Positions 1-11,059 are shown, counted from the first letter of the whole stretch. The stretch: 63,203 bases of DNA, filler included, from Chiloscyllium plagiosum (GCF_004010195.1; 4 parts of one record of this genome joined end to end with filler, not necessarily neighbours in it), one strand, 5' to 3'. Numbers and translations: made by a program. Notes: generated from the letters alone by a model not told the origin.

Positions 1-213
1 GAGGTTCAGGAAGGGGAGGGAGGTGTCAGAGATGGTCCAGGTAAATTTAAGGTCAGGGTGGAATGTGTTGGTGAAGTTGATGAATTGCTCAACCTCCTCG
101 CGGGAGCACGAGGTGGCGCCAATGCAGTCATCAATGTAGCGGAGGAAGAGGTGGGGAGTGGTGCCGGTGTAATTACAGAAGATCGACTGTTCTACGTAGC
201 CAACAAAGAGACA
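1..213 (-). mobile_element. Penelope-like element (PLE) reverse transcriptase fragment
   Basis: Minus strand translates without stops to CLFVGYVEQSIFCNYTGTTPHLFLRYIDDCIGATSCSREEVEQFINFTNTFHPDLKFTWTISDTSLPFLNL. This has the PLE-type RT core (RYIDD...HP.LKFT...LPFL). It runs off the window start. Confidence 0.92.
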
Positions 214-215
214 GG

Positions 216-330
216 TTTTACCTTTAGAGAGATATGGTCAAGTGCTGGCAAATGGAACTAGATTGAGTTAGGATATCTGGTCAGCACGGATGAGTTGGAC
301 CGAAGGGTCTGTTTTCATGTTGTATGACTG
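216..330 (+). mobile_element. CR1/HER1-type LINE 3' terminal fragment
   Basis: Matches the CR1 3' end seen at 2990-3093, 36620-36717 and 52790-52912 (ggatatgg...gttggaccgaagggtctgtt...tatgact). Confidence 0.8.
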
Positions 331-419
331 TTTAATTACATCCTGCTCTCCTTCGACATTGAGGATAACCCATTTAAAGGGGACCACACCTTCTGTTCCT
401 CCTGACTGATCTGTAACTC

Positions 420-658
420 AGGTAGTGCACACATTTTGAAATAACACCATAGAGGCTGATATCCTATCACCCGGTCCCCCTTTATTTACATGTGGAGAGA
501 CCTTGACACTGGATCCAGCTCCCTCAGAGCCAGCTCTCAGAGTGAGCAGAACCCCTGACACCCCTGTTTATATGTGTCAGCCAGGGCTCCCTGATTGAAT
601 CAGGTTAACAGCCCCAATCAGGGAACTCATAGTCTATGACCTCATTCCAATCAGTACA
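420..658 (-). mobile_element. Probable solo LTR (related copy at 43600-43876)
   Basis: Minus strand begins TGTA(C/G)TGATTGGAA and contains TATAAA and a downstream AATAAA. It shares blocks such as gtcagccagggctc.ctgatt and caggttaaca with 43600-43876. Confidence 0.5.
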
Positions 659-1480
659 TAGCTCAAGCAGTCTGTTGAACAGATTGATTTGGTTGTACAA
701 ATTGTTGCTGGTTTTCCAACCGTTCTGCTCAGTCTAACCCATTATTGCCTTTACAGCAAACCCCGATGTGAGAATGCACGAACGGGATTCCTCAGGCATT
801 GCGAAGCCACTGAAAGAGTCGAGCAACGGCGATGGAAGACAAAAACGAATCAAATAGCAAATAGTGCTTTTGCTTCAAGAATATTTCCCATTCTGTTTGA
901 AAATTGGAAAAAGGGAACATGGGGGCTGGCTTTATGACGCAACCAAACAAAATTCCAAATAATGTAACAATGATATAAGCTGAGGTTGCAGCTAGAGGAA
1001 CTAAGATACCAAAATATTCAACACTCCATTTCAGGAGGGATTACTAAATTACGCGATTGTGCCTTCTGAAATGAATACAAGATTTACAAATGTATATAAA
1101 GTCAACGTGATTTTACTCGGATTCTCAACTCATTATGAATCTTATAGAGAATACACTCAGTGTCAGTGTCTCTGAGCTACTTTCGTGAAGGCCACTAACT
1201 GCGCATTTAATTGTGCCAACCAATTTCATAGATACTTATGAAATGGCCCATGTTTCCATCTTGTACGCACTAAGGTTTGTTTGAGCTCATGAGACCAGCC
1301 CATTACATGGCTGCTCATGATGAGAGTTTGCTGCTGCTGTCTTCCTGCAGTGTCAGAAATCACAGGGTCCCACTCAGTCAGGTTTGAGACAGCCACCCCT
1401 TGGTCGAACCAGAAGAGTCCATTGAAGTTAACAAGATGTAGTTTAGTGATCAGGTACACAATAGCAACCAGCTACATTTA

Positions 1481-1960
1481 TAGAATCCCTGTAATGTGGA
1501 AACAGGCCCTTCGGCCCACCAAGTCCACACCGACTGTCTGAAGAGTAACCCACTAAGCCCATTTCCCATTACTCTAATGCACCTAACCTACACATGCCTG
1601 AACCCTATGGGCAATTTAGCTAACCTGCACATCTTTGGACTGTGGGAGGAAATCGGAGCACCCAGAGGAAACCCACGCAGAAACGGGGAGAATGTGCAAA
1701 CTCCACACAGTCACCCAAAGTTGGAATCAAACCTAGGTCCCTGGTGCTGTGAGACAGCAGTACTAACCACTGAGCCACTACTGATTGACAGGATAGAGCT
1801 AACCTGCACATCTTTGGACTGTGGGAGGAAATCGGAGCACCCAGAGGAAACCCACGCAGAAACGGGGAGAATGTGCAAACTCCACACAGTCACCCAAAGC
1901 TGGAATCAAACCTAGGTCCCTGGTGCTGTGAGACAGCAGTACTAACCACTGAGGCACTAC
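1481..1960 (-). mobile_element. HE1-type tRNA-derived V-SINE with tandemly duplicated head
   Basis: Reverse complement has A/B-box head, V-domain (tgtgtggagtttgcacattctcccc..ggtttcctc.gggtgctccg) and the CR1-like tail gggccgaagggcctgtttccaca. Confidence 0.88.
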
Positions 1961-1975
1961 TGATTGACAGGATAG
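1618..1975. repeat. 179-bp tandem duplication (1618-1796 / 1797-1975)
   Basis: The two adjacent copies differ at about 2 positions. The unit is the SINE head plus about 15 bp of flank. Confidence 0.93.
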
Positions 1976-2084
1976 TCATTGTCGGTGCACTGGTCCCTAG
2001 CCTGCCGCTGCTGTATTCTGCCCCCTTGTGCCTCTGCGATAAACTCTGAACAGGTTTTCGTGCTGGTGACCCACAGCTTTGTGA

Positions 2085-3790
2085 ACATATGAAATGGGAG
2101 CAGGCGTAGACCATTCAGCCCATCTGCCTGCTCTGCTATTCAATAAGGTTGTGGAAAATTTGCTATGTATTCTACTTCCCACCCACTCCTGCCTCTGCCT
2201 TCGGAATATTCAATAACCCCATCTCCACTGCCGCCTGAGACAGAGAGTTCCAAAGTCACACAACCCTCTGAGAGAAAGAAGTTCCCCTCAGCTCTGTCCT
2301 GAAAGAGTGACCCCAAATGTTAAATCAGTGCCCCCTCGTTCAGAACTCACCCATCTGAGGCACCATCCTCTCCATATCCACCCTGTAGAGACCATTCTGG
2401 ATCTTATACATTTCAATCAAATCACCCCTCACTCTCTGTACTCCAACGGAAACACGCACAATCTGTCCAACCTGTCCTCATGAAACAATTCACACCTTCC
2501 AGGACAGTGCCAACCTTACAAACCTCCCTGAACCAACCCGATACATTTACATCCTTATTTAAATAAGGAGACCAAAACTGCACACAGTGTTAGAGATGTT
2601 ATCTCACCAATGCCCTGTGTAACTGAAACATAACAGGAAGGATGTTACATTGGGTTGGAGGATTTGAGCTATAGGGTGAGGCTGAGTAGACTAGGGCTGT
2701 TTTCCCTGGAGCATTGGAGATTGCGGGGTGACCTTGTATTGATTTATAAAATCATGAGGGGCATGGATAGGATAAACAGACAAGGTCTTTTCCCTGGGCT
2801 GGGGGAGTCCAGAACTAGAGGATGTAGGTTTGGGGGAGAGGGGAAAGGTAAAAAAGGGACCTGAGGGGTAACCTTTTCACATAGAAGGCAGTGCACGTAT
2901 GGAATGAGTTGCCAGAGGAAGTGGTGGAGGCTGGTACAATTACAGCATTTAAAAGGCATCTGGATGGGTATATGAATAGGAAAGGTTTAGAGGGATATGG
3001 GCCGGGTGCTGGCAAATGGGACTAGAATAATTTATGACATCTGGTTGGCATGGACCGAAGGGTCTGTTTCCGTGCTGTACATCTCTATGACTCAGTGATC
3101 AATTTCTCTCATGTTAATGTCAGCATCCCAGTAGCCTCTGGTTCACTTGCTGCACCTGCACACTAACATTTGTGACTCATGCACTCGAGCTCCTAAATCC
3201 CTCTCCACCTTGGAATTCTGCAGTCATTCTCCATTTATGTAACATCTGGCTTTTTATTCTTCACATTTTCTCACGTTGTGTACCACCTGCCAGATTAATG
3301 CTCACTCATTCCATCTACCATTGCCCACTTGCATTTCCTGAAGGCTTCTTCACAGCATCCCCTTTTCTACTTGTTTTGGCATCATCTGTGAATCATGCTT
3401 TTGCTCCCCTCATCGAAAGACGTCTGTGTAAATGATCAATTGTTGAGGGTCCAGGACAGATCCGTGAGGGACTTTACTCAATGCCCTGCCAATCAGACAC
3501 AGTCCCATTTAATGCTCTTTGTTTTCTGTCAGCCAACCAATCTTCTACCCATGTTACCCCCCTGAGTTGACACAGCACTTTGCGTGGCATCTCGTGAAAT
3601 GCTTTCTGGAAATTTAAATATATCAACAGGGTTTCTTTTATCTCCTTCAAATAATTTGGCCAAAAATGATTTCCCTTTGGCTAAACCATCTTCATTCCTC
3701 CCAGCTCCCTTTGATTTTTCTTTGCGTCCAGCTATAAGATCCTCAGATCAATTCTAACACCCTCACCATGACAGACGTTATTCTGACAGG
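2085..3790 (-). mobile_element. Old degenerate CR1 LINE, interrupted by a younger CR1 at 2637-3093
   Basis: Antisense CR1 3' tail at about 2085 (aacatatgaaatgggagcaggcgtagaccattcagccc), then decayed RT-region remnants (ggcatcatctgtgaat; gctttctggaaattt). Confidence 0.65.
2637..3093 (+). mobile_element. CR1/HER1 LINE, 5'-truncated 3' end
   Basis: Peptide LSYRVRLSRLGLFSLEHWRLRGDLVLIYKIMRG (CR1 ORF2 C-terminus) followed by a 3' UTR ending ctctatgactc. Confidence 0.9.
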
Positions 3791-3829
3791 TAGCCATGTT
3801 TCCTCCTCCAGCGTCCATGATGTCCGTAG

Positions 3830-4100
3830 ACTAGTATTCCAGTGAGCTGAGCTAAAGTCTTGGGTGAATTGCTTCAAATCCCCAACACGGCAGCCGGAGG
3901 CGTTTAACTCGTAAATATAAAGCTCTTCTTAATAACAGCGACCATGACAACCATCGTCAAGTGTTGAAAACAGTTGTTATGTCTTTAGGGAAGGAAATCT
4001 GCCTATGCTACCTGGTCTGGCCTATGTGTGACTCCAGACCCATAGCAATGTGGTTGACTCTTGCCTTTGAAATGACACTCGCAAGGCACTCAGATCACCA
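3830..4100 (+). mobile_element. Degenerate SINE-like repeat of a second family (relatives at ~25060-25245, 26095-26250, 34400-34870, 45990-46120, 55370-55710)
   Basis: Recurring blocks ttcaaatccc, tttagggaaggaaatctgcc, ctggtctggcct and gtgactccagaccc..agcaatgtggttgactctt. Confidence 0.6.
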
Positions 4101-4376
4101 AAGGAACACCTTTGAACAAATGTTGGGGGGGGGGGGCGGGGGGCGGGACACAGGGAGGAAATGTAGGAAGCAGTGCAGGGTTCCAATGTGCGGAATTCCA
4201 AGGCACATTCTTCAGTGCCTCTGCTCAGGCCCATCAAGTGCTAAAATGATCCATTTAATATTGTTCTGGCTGGAAGAGTACTGTCCTCAGGCATCTGTTC
4301 AAACAATGAGTGAGAAATATTCTCGCAAGTTGCAGTCAGTTAGGTAAACCACCAGCTATGCTTTGATTGATCGTGT

Positions 4377-4549
4377 CTAGAGGAACCTTGATTATGTGAA
4401 GGACACAAGGGTGGAGTATTTTGTTCGGCTAATCGAATTCCAGATAATCAATGCCATATAACAGTTAGCCAAGCATCAGGACCTTGCGATCTTCTTCAGG
4501 TAATCCGAAATCTGGTTAATCGAATGCTGGATAATCGAGGTTCCTTTGC
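4377..4549. mobile_element. Short non-autonomous DNA transposon (Tigger/pogo-like MITE)
   Basis: Degenerate terminal inverted repeats: agaggaaccttgattat at left, ataatcgaggttcctttg at right. The same TIR follows TA at 35853. Confidence 0.6.
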
Positions 4550-4738
4550 AATTTGCTTTAATTTTTCAATAGGGATTCGACTGAAGTGGGATGAGAACTG
4601 TTTACTGCTGCACTGAGTTACTTATTACATAATGAAGTGAGGCCTTGTGTCAGCTGCACTGAGCCTGCCATCAATGACTAGGTAAAATGAGTGAGAGAGT
4701 ACAAAGCAAATGTCCAATCCTCAGGATGACTGGGGGGA

Positions 4739-6070
4739 GCTACTGAGAGTGAGGAGGATTGCCAAAGTATACAGCAGAATATAGATTGGCTGGAGACTTG
4801 GGCAGAGAAATGGCAGATGGAATTTAGTTTAATTAATAATGTGAGGTGACGTATTTTGGAAGGTCTATTACAACGATTTGGAAAAGCATAGCATGATTAA
4901 AGGCAGTCAGCTTTGGAAAAGCATAGCATGATTAAAGGCAGTCAGCATGGCTTTGTGAGAGGCAGGTCATCCCTCACAAATCTTACTGAGTTCTTTGAGG
5001 AGGTGACGAGACAGGTTGACGAAGGTCAAGCAGTGGATGTGGTGTTTATGGACTTCAGCAAGGCATTTGATAAGCTTCTGAAAATGTGTTGCTGGAAAAG
5101 TGCAGCAGGTCAGGCAGCATCCAAGGAGCAGGAGAATCGACGTTTCGGGCATGAGCCCTTTTCCAGCAACACATTTTCAGCTCTGATCTCCAGCATCTGC
5201 AGTCCTCACTTTCTCCTCAAGGATTTTAACCTACTGCGAATCCTCTTGCAAGGATGCCTTCCTTGTAGAAGCTCTCTTCCTCTCTCTACATCTCCCGCTC
5301 CTTGGATGCTGCCTGACCTGCTGCGCTTTTCCAGCAACACATTTTCAGCTCTGATCTCCAGCATCTGCAGTCCTCACTTTTTCCATTTGAGAAGCTTCCC
5401 CATGGTAGACTCATTCATAAAGTCAGGAAGTATGGGATTATAGGTAACATGATTAAGGTATACAAGGTAATGAAAGGCATGGATAGAGTCGATAGCCAGA
5501 GATTTTTTCACAGGGCAGGATTGACTGGTACAAGGAGTCATAATTTTAAGATATTAGGAGGTAGGTATAGAGGAGACATCAGAGGTAGGGTCTTTACACA
5601 GAGAGTTGTGAATGCATGGAATCCGTTGCCAGCAGTGGTGGTGGAAGCAGAGTCATAAAGGACATTTAAGCAACTGCTGGTCATACCCATAGATAGCAGT
5701 GAGTTGAGGGGTGCGTAGGTTAAGGTATTTTATTTTAGATTAGGAATAATTCTTGGCACAACATCGTGGGCCGAAGGGCCTGTTCTGTGCTGTACTTTTC
5801 TATGTTCTATGTCTATTGCAGGAGGGAAGGAAACAGTAAATGGCAGAAGCCTTAGATGCATTAACATACAGAGGGATCCAAGCATATAGGACACAGTTCC
5901 CTGAAACTGGCAACAGAAGTGGATAAGGTGGTCAATGAATGAGGCAATTGGCATTGTTGCCTTCATTGATCATGGCACAGAATATAAAAATAGGCAAATC
6001 ATGTTGCATCTGTAAAGAACTTTAGTTAGACTACATTTGTAATATTGCATATAGTTCTGATGGTCACACA
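4739..6070 (+). mobile_element. Nested CR1 LINEs: older copy (4739-4872 + 5811-6070) interrupted by a younger, internally deleted copy (4873-5810)
   Basis: RT motifs QHGFVRGRS.LTNL and VDVVFMDFSKAFDK, with a 3' tail ttctatgttctat. The inner copy is flanked by gtctattaca (4863-4872) and gtctattgca (5811-5820). Confidence 0.85.
5079..5383. mobile_element. PLE pLTR-derived composite insertion (inverted arm + two direct arms) inside CR1 RT
   Basis: 15-bp TSD catttga(t/g)aagcttc at 5064-5078 and 5384-5398. The arms match the PLE terminus at 48850-48970. Confidence 0.85.
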
Positions 6071-6224
6071 GAACCCACTCAGTTCAAGGGCCAGTTAGGG
6101 ATAGTCAACAAATGCTGGCCTCAGCAATGCCATCGCTCTATTGAAAGAGTAAAATTAATTGATTTGAAAAGGGATCCTTTAACCAAGAGTTTGAGAACCA
6201 CTGTTTTCACTCAAAGTCTATTTG

Positions 6225-6680
6225 CCCCATGTCTCTCACACGCCAGGCTGGTTAAGAAACTGAAAGCCCGTGCAATGCAGGGCAATTTGATAAATTAAAT
6301 CCAAAATTGGCTAAAAGTCAGAGGATGATGGTCTGAGGTGGTTTTGTAGGAGAAAGTCAGGTCTGCAGATGCTGGAGATCAGAGTTGAGAATGTGGTGCT
6401 GGAAAAGCACAGCCAGTCAGGCAGTATCCGGGAGATTCACCTGCTCCTTGGATGCTGCCTGACCGGCTGTGCTTTTCCAGTACCACGCTCTCCACTGAGG
6501 TGTTTTTGTGACTGATGCCTATTTCCAGTGGTGTACCACAGGGTTTGATGATGGGTCCCTTGCTGTTTGTTGTAGACATTATGATTTAGACATGAATATT
6601 GGGACATGATCAGTAGGTCCACAGATCACACAAACATAGGACGAGGAAAGCCTGAGGCTGCAGGATAATCTAGACAGGCC
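6225..6680 (+). mobile_element. Old CR1 RT fragment carrying a hairpin insertion at 6348-6494
   Basis: ccagtggtgtaccacaggg..tgggtccc is a GVPQG.V.GP remnant. Confidence 0.65.
6348..6494. mobile_element. PLE pLTR-derived hairpin element
   Basis: Inverted arms (gtggtgctggaaaagcacagc / gctgtgcttttccagtaccac). TSD ctgaggtg(g/t)ttttgt at 6333-6347 and 6495-6509. Confidence 0.85.
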
Positions 6681-7055
6681 GATCAGAAATGAGGAACACA
6701 ATGATATAAAAGCTCTGTGACTCTTGTTAATTTGGTCTCCTCTGTTTTTTACTGAATTAGACCATAATTAATTATCAATGTCCGTTAATTAGTTATGATG
6801 AAGAACAGTTACAACACAGGCCATTAGGCCTTTAAATGCATGCTGGATCTTTCCAAGTGTCACCACATAGATCACCCACTCCATCGTCTTATCTCTGGAC
6901 CCTTGCAATTCTTTTACACTTCAGATGTTTATCTAATTTCCCCCTGAAAAAGCAGTCAAATTACACAGTTTATTTGTTACGAATGTTACTTGGTATGACT
7001 TCTCCTTTTTCTTGATAAAAAAACTATCATTGTGTCTAAACCATTTTGGCTAAAC

Positions 7056-7074
7056 CAGCGCCCCCTCTTGGCCA
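7056..7074 (-). promoter_or_regulatory. Candidate CTCF-binding site
   Basis: TGGCCAAGAGGGGGCGCTG matches the vertebrate consensus TGGCCACCAGGGGGCGCTA at 16/19 positions and sits at the edge of a CpG-rich region. Confidence 0.55.
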
Positions 7075-7751
7075 CATTCTCATCCTGCATCCAGTCTGCA
7101 ACAAGGTTACTCAGGCCATCATCTAGCGGCCAGACTCTGCAGTGCAGGTGGGGGGGCAGGGTGGGGTGCAGGCTCCCTCTGGTGTTAGAATGTGGAATCA
7201 CAGGGGCCCGACGCCTGTAAAGTGCACCCCTCTCCCAGCGGCTGGAAGAGTGACAATCCAACCCCGAGTGAACGGGTTGAGCGGCGAAACTCCCTTCGCA
7301 GCGCCACCAGCGATCGGATGACTGTTTACCCGGAAGGTTCCACAGCCAAGATTAGCACCATGTCCGGCAGGAGGAGTAGATTTCATCCGGCGGGTGCTAT
7401 GATCATGGAATAAAGGAGGTAGCCTCCGGTGACACCGCCCCCTGACGGTGCGGAGGATTCTTCGGAGACGGCTTCCGGGAGCCTGAAGCCCCAACTAGCG
7501 GAGGGAGGAGTGGTCGGCAGGAACAAGAATCGAGCGGAGACACTGCCTCCAGCGGTTGGATGAGGCGCGTTCTCCAACGGGAAGCCGCCTGCGGCGCCCC
7601 CCACCGGCGTGGAGGACTGTGAACCCGAGGGACCACCCGAGGGCGACACCTAGCGGTTTGGAGGACTGGCTCTCCAGCGGGGGGCCTCCCGATGTCTCGC
7701 CCTCCAGTTGCCAGGTGACGGGATTGTCGGGGGGGGGGGGGAAGACCCGAA

Positions 7752-7870
7752 GAACTGCTGGAAATCAGAAACAAAAGAAAACAAAAATTGCTGGAAAATT
7801 CTGCAGGTCTGGCAGCATTTGTGGAGAGAAAGCAGAGTTCAGTTCAGTCCAGTCACCCCGCTTCAGAACT
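7752..7870 (-). mobile_element. Fragment of an older PLE pLTR-related repeat family
   Basis: actgctggaaatcagaaacaaa..aattgctggaaaa..caggtctggcagcatttgtggagagaaagcagagtt. Relatives at ~21335-21410, 33220-33550 and 39430-39555. Confidence 0.65.
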
Positions 7871-8938
7871 TGCAGCAGGGGTCCTCCCTGCAGCGCCCTC
7901 CAGGGCCGGGGAGGAATGTGACATGATGTCCGGCGGGAATCCTCCAAATGCTGCGCCCCCAAGCGTCGGGGAGGAATGTGAAGGGTTCAGCGGGGATCCC
8001 CCTCCTCCGGTGAAGAGATCGGTGAATGTCGTCCTAACGCAGCGCCCCCAACGCCGGGGAGCAATGTGAAGAGGGTCGGCGTGAGTCCTCCTAAAGCAGC
8101 GCCCCCCCAGCCGTGAAAGAGTGGCCGTGTGTCCTCCAAATGCACCGCACCCAGCGCCGAGTGTGAAGTGGGGGGTGCGTTTGTCCTCCTAATGCAGCGC
8201 CCCCTTGTCCCAGGGAGGAATGTGAAGCGATTGGTCTGTGTCCTCCTAATGTAGCGCCCCCCAGCGCCGGGGAGGAATGTGAAGGGGGTAAAAACAATAA
8301 CTGCAGATGCTGGAAACCAGATTCTGGATCAGTGGTGCTGGAAGAGCACAGCAATTCAGTCAGCGTCCAACGAGCTGGTTGGATGCTGTCTGAATTGCTG
8401 TGCTCTTCCAGCACCACTGATCCAGAATCTGGTTTCCAGCATCTGCAGTTATTGTTTTTACCCCCTTCACATTCCTCCCCGGCGCTGGGGGGCGCTACAT
8501 TAGGAGGACACAGACCAATCGCTTCACATTCCTCCCTGGGACAAGGGGGCGCTGCATTAGGAGGACAAACGCACCCCCCACTTCACACTCGGCGCTGGGT
8601 GCGGTGCATTTGGAGGACACACGGCCACTCTTTCACGGCTGGGGCGGGGCGCTGCTTTAGGAGGACTCACGCCGACCCTCTTCACATTGCTCCCCGGCGT
8701 TGGGGGCGCTGCGTTAGGACGACATTCACCGATCTCTTCACCGGAGGAGGGGGATCCCCGCTGAACCCTTCACATTCCTCCCCGACGCTTGGGGGCGCAG
8801 CATTTGGAGGATTCCCGCCGGACATCATGTCACATTCCTCCCCGGCCCTGGAGGGCGCTGCAGGGAGGACCCCTGCTGCAAGTTCTGAAGCGGGGTGACT
8901 GGACTGAACTGAACTCTGCTTTCTCTCCACAAATGCTG
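7813..8938. repeat. ~1.1-kb near-perfect palindrome (arms 7813-8370 / 8379-8938)
   Basis: The right arm is the reverse complement of the left. I saw only a 2-nt indel in a C-run (~8102 vs ~8645) and 2 substitutions near the 8-nt loop. It ends at the contig boundary. Confidence 0.95.
8288..8461. mobile_element. PLE pLTR-derived hairpin element at the centre of the palindrome
   Basis: gtaaaaacaataactgcagatgctggaaaccag..agtggtgctgg and its inverse. Same subfamily as 21796-21921 and 55965-56165. Confidence 0.8.
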
Positions 8939-9038
8939 NNNNNNNNNNNNNNNNNNNNNNNNNNNNNNNNNNNNNNNNNNNNTTAATTAATTAANNNNNN
9001 NNNNNNNNNNNNNNNNNNNNNNNNNNNNNNNNNNNNNN
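8939..9038. other. Artificial contig-joining spacer
   Basis: N44 + TTAATTAATTAA (8983-8994; stops in all six frames) + N44. Confidence 0.97.
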
Positions 9039-9695
9039 GTCCCACCTGTCACCTAACCCCCCCCATTAGCACCTCCAATATTCTCTAGAACCAATTATCC
9101 CTGTTCCCATACCTCTAGGGGACAGGTATCACCCAGTGAACCAAAATGCCCCAGCTTTGGGGATGGGTATCAGTCTAATAGTCTCTGGGGACATATCACT
9201 CTCACACATTTGTGCGCACGCACATGCACATTCAAACCCTCTCCCCAATAATTGCCCAAACCCCACCAAATACAGCAGACCAGCTTGTAGGGGTCACTAG
9301 CTGGTGGTTATTCATTAATAACCACCAGCTTGTAGGCATCACCCTAATACTCTGGGTTCAGGCCTCACCCCAAACCCCTAAAAAATTACAGTGCTCCCAA
9401 ATCCAAATACCCAACCCGTACACTGCAGGGATTGGTGTCACTCCAGTAGTTCCACTCAGCCCCCCTGTCAAAATCTCACTGGCTCCCAATACCCCGCTGA
9501 ACTCAAATACCTCTGGTGGGCCAGGCGATACCTTTATAACTGCCATGCCCGAAACCCACCTCACTCCAATACCAGCCAGGTAACCTAATTCCCCAAATTG
9601 CTTAACTACAATATCGTGAAAGACCAAATATTCCACATGGGGCCGACATAATTCTAGTCCCCCACCCCGTTCAATACTTGTCTGAAACTTAATAG

Positions 9696-9903
9696 GAGAA
9701 AGTGAGGACTGCAGATGCTGGAGATCAGAGCTGAAAAATGTGTTGCTGGAAAAGCGCAGCAGGTCAGGCGGCATCCAAGGAGCAGGAGAATCGATGTTTC
9801 GGGCACAAGCCCTTCTTCAGGAAGGGCTTATGCCCGAAACGTTGATTCTCCTGCTCCTTGGATGCTGCCTGACCTGCGCTTTTCCAGCAACACATTTTTC
9901 AGC
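9696..9903. mobile_element. PLE pLTR-derived hairpin element
   Basis: Inverted arms meet at about 9820. Perfect 15-bp TSD tctgaaacttaatag at 9681-9695 and 9904-9918. Confidence 0.9.
9793..9820 (-). ncRNA. Minimal type I hammerhead ribozyme motif
   Basis: CUGAAGA-A-GGGC-UUGU-GCCC-GAAA-CA-UC. Core and stem II are intact; the ACGU palindrome has mutated to ACAU. Confidence 0.65.
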
Positions 9904-11059
9904 TCTGAAACTTAATAGACCTGCTTCAGTGGCCCTGTGGTTAAGTAACCACTTATTACCTCCTCAGTAAACCACATTCCCCCAAAACCCTTGAAACTGA
10001 ATTGTTCCTGAAACCAAAGATCCCCCTCTATAACCCTTTAAACTTTATATCAAACTTCATTCTTCACATCCTCTTAAACTGCACAACCTCTTCCATACCC
10101 CGAAACTAAATACCACTTCTAAATTGCATATCCCACTCTGTGCCCCCGAAACTGAATCTCCTGTTTAGATTTTCTTAATACCCAAAAACACCTCACCAAG
10201 GAAGATATCTGTATTCATTAAAGCAAACCCCTTAAGTTCTCTATAATTTCTCAACATATGCCGCCTTGAATCACTCATAATTAACATCCACAGTCCCCTC
10301 AATGTCATCTTCAAATCTACTCTTAACATAATATAACTGTTAATCTTTATACATCTTGAAACTTCTTTGTACATCCCATTCTTTACAAGAGGGTTATAAA
10401 TGTCAGCAAATAGCTGAAAAATAATTGGGGGGGAGGGGGTTTCCTAAAGTAGAATGTCTTCACAATGTGCCTTGTGAACAGCCTCAACTGAGGCTTGCCG
10501 ACAAAGCACAACGATGGTGTGGTTAGGACTGTATCCAAGAACAATTTGTGTGATGTGGCAGTCCCAGAGAGAGAGAGGGAGGAAGAAATTTGTGCCCTAC
10601 CTACATTTATGGGTGCACAAATGTCGTGGCTCTTTTGTGAAACTGCACATGCATAGACAAATTTACTGTAGTGATACATTAAATGGTTACTTCCGTTTCA
10701 GTGTAGATTAGCTAAAGAAATTTGTTGAACAGTTAAAGCGTGTGTCTTGGCTGCAAGTAGTTAGCTATAAACTTGTGTGTTGACTGAGCAAACAAAAATG
10801 TTTGTTTAATATTTTGCTACTGCGAGTTACTTTGTGGCACTGTTTCAATCATAAGCTAAAATGATAAAAGGAAATCTGTTGAATACAGAAACCTATATTT
10901 TCTTAAATACTAAATGGACATTTTTCTGCAAAGTGCTCTAGATATACTTTTAGTCAGTATTGTGACCAAAATTCCTCCTTTAAAACTCTGTTTGATGTGG
11001 GGAACGATTGAGATACTCACTGTTTTTAATCTCAGTCTTGTGACCAGACAAATTGCAAC

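Larger units (their letters stand above)
7030..8290. promoter_or_regulatory. CpG/GC-rich island containing a degenerate ~60-bp tandem repeat
   Basis: Many intact CpGs against a CpG-depleted background. Recurring unit cctccaaatgcagcgccccccagcgccggggaggaatgtgaag, about 7 copies at 7880-8285 and one at about 7580-7625. Confidence 0.6.

Noticed and set aside
1226..1459. 77-aa ORF in unique sequence
   Set aside because: No recognisable domain and no convincing splice-site pair.
4913..5443. 176-aa ORF as a novel RT fusion protein
   Set aside because: Chance read-through from CR1 RT into an inserted pLTR element.
8332..8898. 188-aa Gly/Ala-rich ORF
   Set aside because: It starts inside a hairpin repeat and lies in the probably artefactual palindrome arm; the mirror arm is frameshifted.
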